From an uncultured Hyphomicrobiales bacterium (lineage in GTDB: Bacteria > Pseudomonadota > Alphaproteobacteria > Rhodospirillales > 2-12-FULL-67-15): DNA of 64,000 bases. Shown piece by piece: positions 37,701-45,726 of the stretch (positions are counted from its first letter, which is position 1; each line of letters starts with the position of its first letter). The stretch covers positions 683 through 64,682 of the forward strand of contig CAYPQV010000002.1 in assembly GCA_964412955.1 (NCBI GenBank), read 5' to 3'. Under the pieces are notes generated by a model. That model was given only the letters and a program-made list of their open reading frames with translations. It searched no databases and was not told the origin of the DNA. A program made the position numbers and the translations under genes.

Positions 37701-38309
37701 GAGGCGATCGGGTTCTATCTTTCCGCCCATCCGCTCGACGCCTACCGGCGCACGCTGGCGCGCCTTTCGGTCCGCCCCATCGCCGAGGTCGGCGCCGACC
37801 CCGAGCCGGGCCCAGTCCGGCTCGCCGGCACGGTGATCGGCAAGAAGGAACGCACCTCGGCCAAGGGCAACCGCTACGCCTTCGTCCAGTTCTCCGACAT
37901 GACCGGCGTGTTCGAGGCGGTGGTGTTTGCCGAAACGCTGGCCGCCTCGCGCGGCCTGCTCGAAGTCGGCCGCTCGCTCCTGGTGCGCGCCGCCGTCCAG
38001 GTGGAGGGGGAAAGCTTCCGGCTCACGGTCCAGGGCCTCGAATCCCTGGAGGAGGTTGCGGCCCGCACCGCCGCCGGCATTCGCATCGTGGTCGCCGCAC
38101 CGGACGCGGTCGGCCGCATCGGCGAAATCATCGCCGGCGGGCGGGGCGGAAACGGCAACGGTAATGGGCGCAAGGGACGGGTCAAACTGGTGTCCCGGCT
38201 CGACACCGGCCACGAGGTCGAATTCGACCTGGGCGAATATCGCCTGAACCCGGCGGCGCTGGCGGCGGTGCGCAATATCGCCGGGGTGCTGGAGGCGAGC
38301 GAAATCTGA
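34797..38309 (+). CDS. dnaE: DNA polymerase III subunit alpha
   Basis: 1170-aa ORF. PHP domain N-terminus [17 protein letters not shown], then the polymerase core [23 protein letters not shown]...PDFDIDFC, and a C-terminal OB-fold region. Confidence 0.96.
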   Translation: [1170 protein letters not shown]

Positions 38310-38370
38310 TACGGAACTTCAATATAACGTTTTAGTATATTGATACAAAATAATAAAATCACTTATCTTC

Positions 38371-38537
38371 GTTCCGGGCGGTTCGGGCTTGCCACGCCCG
38401 GCGGGGGCGGGTATCTAACCGCCCGCTAAATACACACGCGGGTTCGCGGCGTCGGGGGTGACCCCCGGTAACGCCGCTCCGGTGTCCCGGATCGGGACGC
38501 AAGCCCGCGGAGGCACAACCGGAGAAGGACTCAGACG
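38371..38537 (+). promoter_or_regulatory. Structured GC-rich 5' leader of rpsB (candidate autoregulatory leader)
   Basis: Several nested hairpins are readable by eye. These are CCGGGCG...CGCCCGG; GCGGCGT-[CGGGGG-TGA-CCCCCG]-GTA-ACGCCGC (38446-38477); and TCCGG-[GTCCCG-GAT-CGGGAC]-...-CCGGA (38478-38523). The last one abuts the SD GGAGAAGG. The leader is preceded by an AT-rich patch at 38310-38370. Confidence 0.3.
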
Positions 38538-39338
38538 ATGGCGCTCCCCGCGTTCACGATGCGTCAGCTTTTGGAAGCTGGCGTCCATTTCGGCCACAAC
38601 ACCCGCCGCTGGAACCCGAAGATGGCCCCGTATCTGTTCGGGGTCCGCAACGGCATTCACGTCATCGACCTGGGCCAGACGGTTCCGCTGCTCCACCAGG
38701 CCATGGTCGCGGTGCGCGACGTGGTCGCCGCCGGCGGGCGCGTTCTGTTCGTCGGCACCAAGCGCCAGGCGTCCGACAAGGTCGCGGAAGCGGCCAAGCG
38801 CTGCGGCCAACATTACGTCAACCACCGCTGGCTCGGCGGCATGCTCACCAACTGGCGCACCATTTCCAACTCGATCAAGCGTCTGCGCGACCTCGACCAA
38901 AAGCTCGAACAGCCCGAGGCGGTCACCGGCCTGACCAAGAAGGAACAGCTCAACCTCCAGCGCGAGCGCGACAAGCTCGAACGCGCCCTCGGCGGCATCA
39001 AGGAAATGGGCGGGCTGCCCGACATCCTGTTCGTGATCGACACCAACAAGGAACAGATCGCCATCGCCGAGGCGCGCAAGCTCGGCATTCCGGTGGTCGC
39101 GGTGATCGATTCCAACAGCGATCCCGAGGGCATCACCCATCCGGTTCCCGGCAACGACGACGCGCTGCGCGCGGTCACTCTCTATTGCGACCTGATGGTC
39201 GGCTCGGTTCTCGACGGCATCCAGGCGGAACTGACCACTTCCGGGAAAAACAAGGACGTCGGCGCCATGGAAACGCCGCCGGCCGAAGCCTTGCCCGCCG
39301 AGACCGCGCCGGAAACCCCGGCGGCGCCGAGCGCCTGA
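38538..39338 (+). CDS. rpsB: 30S ribosomal protein S2
   Basis: 266-aa [38 protein letters not shown]... Confidence 0.97.
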   Translation: MALPAFTMRQLLEAGVHFGHNTRRWNPKMAPYLFGVRNGIHVIDLGQTVPLLHQAMVAVRDVVAAGGRVLFVGTKRQASDKVAEAAKRCGQHYVNHRWLGGMLTNWRTISNSIKRLRDLDQKLEQPEAVTGLTKKEQLNLQRERDKLERALGGIKEMGGLPDILFVIDTNKEQIAIAEARKLGIPVVAVIDSNSDPEGITHPVPGNDDALRAVTLYCDLMVGSVLDGIQAELTTSGKNKDVGAMETPPAEALPAETAPETPAAPSA

Positions 39339-39353
39339 GCGGAGCCCGCGATC

Positions 39354-40280
39354 ATGGCCGAAATCTCCGCCGCTCTCGTCAAGGAACTGCGCGAAAAAAC
39401 CGGCGCAGGAATGATGGATTGCAAGAAGGCGCTCGCCGAAGCCGGCGGCAATCTCGAAGCCGCCGTCGACTGGCTGCGCAAGAAGGGACTGGCCGCCGCT
39501 GCCAAGAAAGCGGGCCGCGTCGCCGCCGAAGGCCTGGTCGCGTTGGCGGTCGAAAGCGGGCGCGGCGCCCTGGTCGAGGTCAACAGCGAGACCGATTTCG
39601 TCGCCCGCAACGAAACCTTCCAATCCTTCGCCGCCAACGTCGCCAAGCTCGCCCTCAAGTCCGGCGGCGATCTGGAACGACTCAAGGCCGCCGCCTATCC
39701 CGGCACCGGGCGCACCGTCGCCGACGAATTGACCCACATGATCTCGACCATCGGGGAGAACATGAATCTCCGCCGGGTCGCGATCCTGGAAGCGCCGCGC
39801 GGCATGGTCGGCTCCTACATTCACAACGCCGTCGCGCCGGGTCTCGGCAAGATCGGCGTGCTGGTCGCGATCGAGTCCGCCGCCGCGGCGGACAAGCTCG
39901 AGGGCATTGCCAAGCAACTCGCCATGCACGTCGCCGCCGCCAATCCCCAAGCCGTGAGCCGGGAAGGGCTGGACGCGGCGGCGGTCGAGCGCGAACGCGC
40001 CGTGCTGGCCGATCAGGCGCGCGCCTCGGGCAAGCCCGAGGACATCATCGCCAAGATGGTCGAAGGTCGCCTGCGCAAGTATTACGAGGAAGTCTGCCTG
40101 GTCGACCAAATGTTCGTCATCGACGGCGAAAGCCGGGTCGCCCAGGCGATCGAGCGGGCGGCCAAGGCCGCCGGCCAGCCGATCACGGTCAAGGGCTTCG
40201 CTCGATTCGCGTTGGGCGAGGGGATCGAGAGGGGCCAATCCGACTTCGCCGCCGAGGTGGCCGCCGCCGCGGGCCACTAA
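39354..40280 (+). CDS. tsf: Translation elongation factor Ts
   Basis: 308-aa [48 protein letters not shown]... Confidence 0.97.
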   Translation: MAEISAALVKELREKTGAGMMDCKKALAEAGGNLEAAVDWLRKKGLAAAAKKAGRVAAEGLVALAVESGRGALVEVNSETDFVARNETFQSFAANVAKLALKSGGDLERLKAAAYPGTGRTVADELTHMISTIGENMNLRRVAILEAPRGMVGSYIHNAVAPGLGKIGVLVAIESAAAADKLEGIAKQLAMHVAAANPQAVSREGLDAAAVERERAVLADQARASGKPEDIIAKMVEGRLRKYYEEVCLVDQMFVIDGESRVAQAIERAAKAAGQPITVKGFARFALGEGIERGQSDFAAEVAAAAGH

Positions 40281-40483
40281 CGGCCCGATTTCGGCGGTTT
40301 GCCGCCTCGCCAAAGCCCTACGCCCCATAGGCCGAAACCTTAAATTTACCAAGACCCTGCGGGAGTTCCTGGTATAAACTGGCGGAATACTTGGGATTCC
40401 CGCACCAGGGGCGCAAATCGGTCGCGATTTTGCGCCCCGGCGCGAAGGGTTTGCGCGTGGCCTAAACAGAAGAACGGGACGCC

Positions 40484-41200
40484 ATGGCTAAAGCCGTCAA
40501 ATACCGCCGCATCCTGCTCAAGTTGTCGGGCGAAGGCCTCATGGGTCGGCGCCCGCAGGGGTTCGATCCCAAACTGATGGCCCGGCTCGCGTCCGAGGTC
40601 GCCCGCCTCGTCAAATCGGGAACGCAAGTGGCCCTGGTCGTCGGCGGCGGTAACTTTTTTCGCGGCGCGCAGGGCGAGGAGCTGGGGATCGAGCGCGCCA
40701 ACGCCGATTACATGGGGATGCTCGCCACCGTCATGAACGCGCTCGCTCTCCAGGCCGTGTTTCGCCGCGCCCGCTGCAAGGCGCGGGTGATGTCGGCGAT
40801 CCCGATGAATCCGGTGTGCGAACCTTACACCCGTCGCCGCGCGCTCGCCCACCTGGAAGCGGGCGAGGTGGTGATCTTCGCCGCCGGCACCGGCAACCCG
40901 TTCTTCACCACCGACACGGCCGCCGCGCTGCGCGCGAGCGAGATGGGCTGCGATGCCCTGTTCAAGGGCACGCAGGTGGACGGCGTCTACAGCGCGGACC
41001 CGAAAAAGGTGCGCGGCGCCAAGCGCCATGACCGCCTCGGCTACGACGAAGTGCTCGCCGGCAACCTCAAGGTGATGGATGCCGCCGCGGTGGCGCTCGC
41101 GCGCGACAACCGCATCCCGATCGTCGTGTTCTCGATTCACAAGCCCGGAGCGCTGGCGCGCGTTCTCGCCGGCACCGAGCGTCACACCGTCGTCAACTGA
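40484..41200 (+). CDS. pyrH: UMP kinase
   Basis: 238-aa [18 protein letters not shown]...[10 protein letters not shown]...[15 protein letters not shown]. Confidence 0.96.
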   Translation: MAKAVKYRRILLKLSGEGLMGRRPQGFDPKLMARLASEVARLVKSGTQVALVVGGGNFFRGAQGEELGIERANADYMGMLATVMNALALQAVFRRARCKARVMSAIPMNPVCEPYTRRRALAHLEAGEVVIFAAGTGNPFFTTDTAAALRASEMGCDALFKGTQVDGVYSADPKKVRGAKRHDRLGYDEVLAGNLKVMDAAAVALARDNRIPIVVFSIHKPGALARVLAGTERHTVVN

Positions 41201-41225
41201 TCGTCGCCGCCCGAAGGAGCGCGCC

Positions 41226-41795
41226 ATGACCTGGACCAACTTCAACACGATGAAGAACGACGCCAAGCACCGCATGGATGGAACGCTCGCCGTCCTGCAT
41301 AAGGAATTTTCGGGCCTCCGGACCGGCCGCGCGTCCACCAGCCTCCTGGAGCCGGTCGTGGTCGACGCCTACGGCGGCAAGATGCCGATCAACCAGGTCG
41401 GCACCGTCGGCGTGCCCGAGCCGCGCCTGTTGACGGTGCAGGTGTGGGACCGCGGCCTGGTCAAATCGGTGGAAAAGGCGATCCGCGAGGCCAATCTCGG
41501 CCTCAATCCGCAATCGGACGGTCAGCTGGTGCGCATTCCGATCCCGGCGCTCACCGCCGAACGCCGCCAGGAACTGGCGAAGATCGCCGCCAAATACGCC
41601 GAGGAGGGCCGCGTCGCCGTCCGCAACGTCCGCCGCCACTGCATGGACGAATTGAAGAAGCTGGAAAAGGATCACAAGATTTCCGAGGACGAACACCGGG
41701 ATTATACGACCCAGGTGCAGAAACTGACCGACGAATACATCAAGAAGATCGACGACACGCTCGCCCACAAGGACCAAGAGATCAAGCACGTCTGA
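41226..41795 (+). CDS. frr: Ribosome recycling factor
   Basis: In-frame ATG at 41226 within track ORF 41079..41795. Sequence: ...[23 protein letters not shown]...[14 protein letters not shown]. Product 189 aa. Confidence 0.94.
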   Translation: MTWTNFNTMKNDAKHRMDGTLAVLHKEFSGLRTGRASTSLLEPVVVDAYGGKMPINQVGTVGVPEPRLLTVQVWDRGLVKSVEKAIREANLGLNPQSDGQLVRIPIPALTAERRQELAKIAAKYAEEGRVAVRNVRRHCMDELKKLEKDHKISEDEHRDYTTQVQKLTDEYIKKIDDTLAHKDQEIKHV

Positions 41796-41798
41796 CCC

Positions 41799-42536
41799 AT
41801 GGCCGACACTTCCCTCGAATCCTCGCACCGCGGCCCCGTGCCCACGCACGTGGCCATCATCATGGACGGCAACGGCCGTTGGGCGCAGCGGCGCGGATTG
41901 CCGCGCACCGCCGGCCACCGGCGCGGCGCCGACGCGGCCCGTATCGCCGTACGCGCGGCCGCGGCCCACGGCGTGCGCTACCTGACCCTCTACGGCTTCT
42001 CATCCGAGAATTGGAAACGTCCGGCGGACGAGGTGAATGAATTGATGGGTCTGCTGCGCTTCTACCTGCGCAGCGAGATCGCCGATCTGCACAAGGAAGG
42101 CATCCGGCTTCGCGTCATCGGCGACCGGTCGCGCCTGGCGCCCGACATCGTCAACCTGATCGAGGACGCCGAACGCCTGACCGCGAACAACGCGACGCTC
42201 ACCCTCGTCATCGCCTTGAGCTACGGCAGCCGCGCCGAGATCGCGAACGCCGCCCGGCAGTTGGCCGAGGACGCCGTCGCCGGCCGCATCCGCCCCTACG
42301 AAATCGACGAGGCGACGCTCGCCGGCCGTTTGTTCACGGTCGGCGTGCCGGACCCCGATCTGCTGATCCGCACCAGCGGCGAACAGCGCATCAGCAATTT
42401 CCTGTTGTGGCAGTCGGCGTACACCGAGTTCGTGTTTCTCGATACGCTATGGCCCGATTTTTCCGAGAAAGACTTCGCGCGTGCGATCAAGGAGTATCAT
42501 GGCCGCGACAGGCGTTATGGCGCTACCGGCGCTTAA
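41799..42536 (+). CDS. uppS: Ditrans,polycis-undecaprenyl-diphosphate synthase
   Basis: 245-aa ORF HVAIIMDGNGRWA...LTLYGFSSENWKRP...RTSGEQRISNFLLWQSAYTEF. Confidence 0.95.
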   Translation: MADTSLESSHRGPVPTHVAIIMDGNGRWAQRRGLPRTAGHRRGADAARIAVRAAAAHGVRYLTLYGFSSENWKRPADEVNELMGLLRFYLRSEIADLHKEGIRLRVIGDRSRLAPDIVNLIEDAERLTANNATLTLVIALSYGSRAEIANAARQLAEDAVAGRIRPYEIDEATLAGRLFTVGVPDPDLLIRTSGEQRISNFLLWQSAYTEFVFLDTLWPDFSEKDFARAIKEYHGRDRRYGATGA

Positions 42537-42552
42537 TTCCGGAAGCGGGGAT

Positions 42553-43347
42553 ATGTGGCCCCGCATTGCCTCGGCGGCGGTGCTTGCGCCGCTGGCGCTG
42601 GCGGTCGCGTATGCCGGATCACCCGCGTTCGAGGCGGCGCTGATCGCCGTCGCCGGCCTGCTGGCGTGGGAATGGACGGGCTTGTGCGGAAGCCGCCACG
42701 GCTCGCTCATGTACGCGCTGCTGACCCTCGTGGCCGCCGCCGCCGTTCTGTTTGTCGCGGCCGACGAACTCGGCTCCGCCGTTACCGCCGTTGTCGCGGG
42801 CACACTCATTGCCGTCCTGCTCGAAGGCGACGACGCCGAAGGGCAGGGCAGACGCGCGTGGATGGCGCTCGGCGTGGTCTACATCGCCGTGCCACTGGCC
42901 GCGCTCGAAGGACTGCGTCTCACCCCGCACGGCCGCGAATTGGTCATTTGGCTGCTGGTTGTGGTGTGGGCCTCGGACACGGTCGCCTACATGTTCGGGC
43001 GCGCCTTCGGCGGGTTGAAACTCGCGCCCTCGATCAGTCCGAAAAAGACCTGGTCCGGATTGGGCGGCGCGGTGATCGGCGCGGCGGCGGCCGGAGGTCT
43101 TATCGCCCTGGCTCTCGGCGCCGACGACGCGGCCGACTTCGCGCTCATGGCCGCCCTGTTCGGTCTGGTCGGACAAGGGGGCGACCTGATGGAATCCGCC
43201 GTCAAGCGCCGTTTCGGCGTCAAGGACACCAGCCGTCTCATTCCCGGTCACGGCGGCTTGTTCGATCGTTTGGACGCGTTCCTGGCGGTCGTGGTTGTCG
43301 CCGCGGCGGCGCGCGCGCTCGGCTGGACGGGAGGGACGACATGGTGA
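42553..43347 (+). CDS. cdsA: Phosphatidate cytidylyltransferase
   Basis: The in-frame ATG at 42553 gives [18 protein letters not shown]... Motifs: [27 protein letters not shown] and the C-terminal signature [27 protein letters not shown]. Confidence 0.9.
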   Translation: MWPRIASAAVLAPLALAVAYAGSPAFEAALIAVAGLLAWEWTGLCGSRHGSLMYALLTLVAAAAVLFVAADELGSAVTAVVAGTLIAVLLEGDDAEGQGRRAWMALGVVYIAVPLAALEGLRLTPHGRELVIWLLVVVWASDTVAYMFGRAFGGLKLAPSISPKKTWSGLGGAVIGAAAAGGLIALALGADDAADFALMAALFGLVGQGGDLMESAVKRRFGVKDTSRLIPGHGGLFDRLDAFLAVVVVAAAARALGWTGGTTW

Positions 43348-44558
43348 CGCCCGCGCCCCGGCTGGTTCCCGTCCCGAACGCCGATACCGCGCCGAAGCGG
43401 GTGACCATTCTCGGCTCGACCGGCTCGATCGGCCGCAACACGGTCGATTTGATTTCCCGCGCGCCCGAACGCTTCGCCGTCGAGGCGATCACCGGCAACC
43501 GCAACGTGGCGCTGCTCGCCGAACAGGCGCGTACCTTGCGCGCGCGCGTCGCCGTGGTCGCCGACCCGTCGCTCTACGGCCAATTGCGCGACGCGCTCGC
43601 CGGCAGCGACGTGCTGGCGGCGGCCGGTCCCGAGGCGGTGGCCGAGGCCGCCGCCCGTCCGGCCGAGTGGGTGATGGCGGCAATCGTCGGCGCGGCCGGA
43701 TTGAAGCCGACCCTGGGCGCAATCCGACGCGGCGCGGTGGTCGCGCTCGCCAATAAGGAATGCCTGGTGTGCGCGGGCGATCTCATGGTCGCCGAGGTGC
43801 GCGCCCACAACGGCGCCCTGCTGCCGGTCGATTCCGAGCACAGCGCGATCTTCCAGGTGTTCGAATTCGAGCGCGCGGAGTCGGTCGAGCGCGTGGTGCT
43901 GACCGCCTCGGGCGGGCCGTTCCGCACCTGGACCAAGGAGCGCATGGCGGAGGCCACGCCCGAGCAGGCGGTGGCGCATCCCAACTGGAGCATGGGCGCG
44001 AAAATTTCGGTCGATTCCGCCACCATGATGAACAAGGGTTTGGAGACGATCGAGGCCTATCACCTGTTCCCGATCAAGAAGCATCAGCTCGACGTGGTGG
44101 TGCATCCGCAATCGGTGGTTCACAGCATGGTCGCCTACGCCGACGGATCGGTACTGGCCCAGATGGGCACGCCCGACATGCGCACGCCGATCGCGTTCGC
44201 GCTCGCCTGGCCGCGCCGCATGGCGGCGCCGGTCGAACGGCTCGATCTGGTGCGCGTCGGCGCGCTGACGTTCGAGGCGCCGGACGAGAATCGTTTTCCC
44301 GCGCTCCGGCTCGCGCGCGCGGCGCTCGCCGCCGGCGGCTCGGCGCCCGCGGCGCTGAACGCCGCCAACGAAATCGCCGTCGCCGCGTTTCTCGACCGCG
44401 CCATCGGCTTCCTCGACATCGCCGCGGTGGTGGAGGATGCGCTGGCCCAGGTGCCGGCGTACCCGCTCGCCGACCTCGCCGCGGTTCACGACGCCGACGC
44501 CGAGGGCCGCCGCGCCGCCCGCGCCGCCGTGCGGCGCTTTATCGCCAGAAAAACGTGA
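43341..44558 (+). CDS. dxr: 1-deoxy-D-xylulose-5-phosphate reductoisomerase
   Basis: The ATG at 43341 overlaps the cdsA end by 7 nt. Motifs: [56 protein letters not shown]. Confidence 0.93.
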   Translation: MVTPAPRLVPVPNADTAPKRVTILGSTGSIGRNTVDLISRAPERFAVEAITGNRNVALLAEQARTLRARVAVVADPSLYGQLRDALAGSDVLAAAGPEAVAEAAARPAEWVMAAIVGAAGLKPTLGAIRRGAVVALANKECLVCAGDLMVAEVRAHNGALLPVDSEHSAIFQVFEFERAESVERVVLTASGGPFRTWTKERMAEATPEQAVAHPNWSMGAKISVDSATMMNKGLETIEAYHLFPIKKHQLDVVVHPQSVVHSMVAYADGSVLAQMGTPDMRTPIAFALAWPRRMAAPVERLDLVRVGALTFEAPDENRFPALRLARAALAAGGSAPAALNAANEIAVAAFLDRAIGFLDIAAVVEDALAQVPAYPLADLAAVHDADAEGRRAARAAVRRFIARKT

Positions 44559-44574
44559 ACGGAACCGACGCTCC

Positions 44575-45726
44575 ATGACCATTCTCGGATTCACTTGGTA
44601 TTACGTGCTGACCTTCCTCGCCGTGCTGTCGGTGCTGATCTACGTGCACGAGTTCGGCCACTATTGGGTCGCGCGCCGGAACGGCGTCCGGGTCGAGGTC
44701 TTTTCCATCGGTTTCGGTACGGAACTGTGGGGCCGCGTCGACCGGCACGGCACGCGCTGGAAGGTGTGCGCGATTCCGCTCGGCGGCTACGTCAAGATGT
44801 TCGGCGAAATGATGCCGGGAGAGGGCGAGGTTGACGGCGAGGGCGCGCCCGAGCGCCCGTTGACGCCCGAGGAGAAGGCCGAATCCTTCACCCACAAGCG
44901 CCTCGGTCAGCGCACCGCCATCGTCGCCGCCGGACCGGTCGCCAACTTCCTGTTCGCCGTCTTTCTGTTCGCGGCCGTTTTTTCCGTGTTCGGCAATCCG
45001 GTTCCGCTCGCCGTGGTGGGCGAAGTGGTGCCCGGCACGCCGGCGGCCACGGCGGATATTCGTCCGGGGGACAAAATTCTCGCGATCGAGTCCGAAACCG
45101 TGACCACGTTCGAGGACGTGCGGCGCATCATCGGCGCGCATCCCGACGTGCCGGTGCGCCTCCGGATCGCGCGCGGCAACGCCGAAATCGTCATCGTCGC
45201 CACGCCTCAGTCGGCGATCGGCGCCGACGCGAAGAACGGCGCCCGGGTCGGTCGCATCGGCATCAAGCCCGATGCGACCGAGGTCGCCTACGAGCGTCAA
45301 AACCCCTTGACCGCGTTGTGGATGGGGGCGGAACGAACCGTGTCGCTGACCGGCCAAATATTGTCTTATCTCGGCCAGATCGTCGCCGGGCGCCAGGACG
45401 CCCGCGACCTGGGCGGACCGCTCCGGATCGCCCAAATGTCCGGCGAGGTCGCCCAGGACGGCGGCTTGATCAGCCTGCTGCTGTTCACCGCCGTGCTGTC
45501 GGTCAACTTGGGGCTGATCAATCTGTTTCCGATCCCCATGCTCGACGGCGGGCATCTCCTGTTCTACGCCGCCGAGGCGCTGCGCGGCCGGCCCCTGTCG
45601 CCGCGCGCGCAAGAATATGGTTTCCGCTTCGGGCTGGCCTTGGTACTTATGTTGACGGTGTTCGCGACCTGGAACGATTTGGTCAATCTCAAGGTCATCG
45701 AGTTCCTCCGACAATTGATCACATGA
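44575..45726 (+). CDS. rseP: RIP (site-2) zinc metalloprotease RseP
   Basis: The ATG at 44575 gives MTILGFTWYYVLTFLAVLSVLIYVHEFGHYWVAR, which contains the HExxH motif. A PDZ region is present. The C-terminal part contains NLGLINLFPIPMLDGGH. Confidence 0.92.
   Translation: MTILGFTWYYVLTFLAVLSVLIYVHEFGHYWVARRNGVRVEVFSIGFGTELWGRVDRHGTRWKVCAIPLGGYVKMFGEMMPGEGEVDGEGAPERPLTPEEKAESFTHKRLGQRTAIVAAGPVANFLFAVFLFAAVFSVFGNPVPLAVVGEVVPGTPAATADIRPGDKILAIESETVTTFEDVRRIIGAHPDVPVRLRIARGNAEIVIVATPQSAIGADAKNGARVGRIGIKPDATEVAYERQNPLTALWMGAERTVSLTGQILSYLGQIVAGRQDARDLGGPLRIAQMSGEVAQDGGLISLLLFTAVLSVNLGLINLFPIPMLDGGHLLFYAAEALRGRPLSPRAQEYGFRFGLALVLMLTVFATWNDLVNLKVIEFLRQLIT

Noticed and set aside
38137-38175. Gly/Asn-rich run ([14 protein letters not shown]) near the dnaE C-terminus, considered as a possible tandem DNA repeat or insertion.
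   Set aside because: It is very short and imperfect at DNA level, and it sits in a linker-like region. There is insufficient evidence for anything beyond a low-complexity loop.
35586-38213. 875-aa minus-strand ORF.
   Set aside because: It is antisense to dnaE, so it is a shadow ORF.
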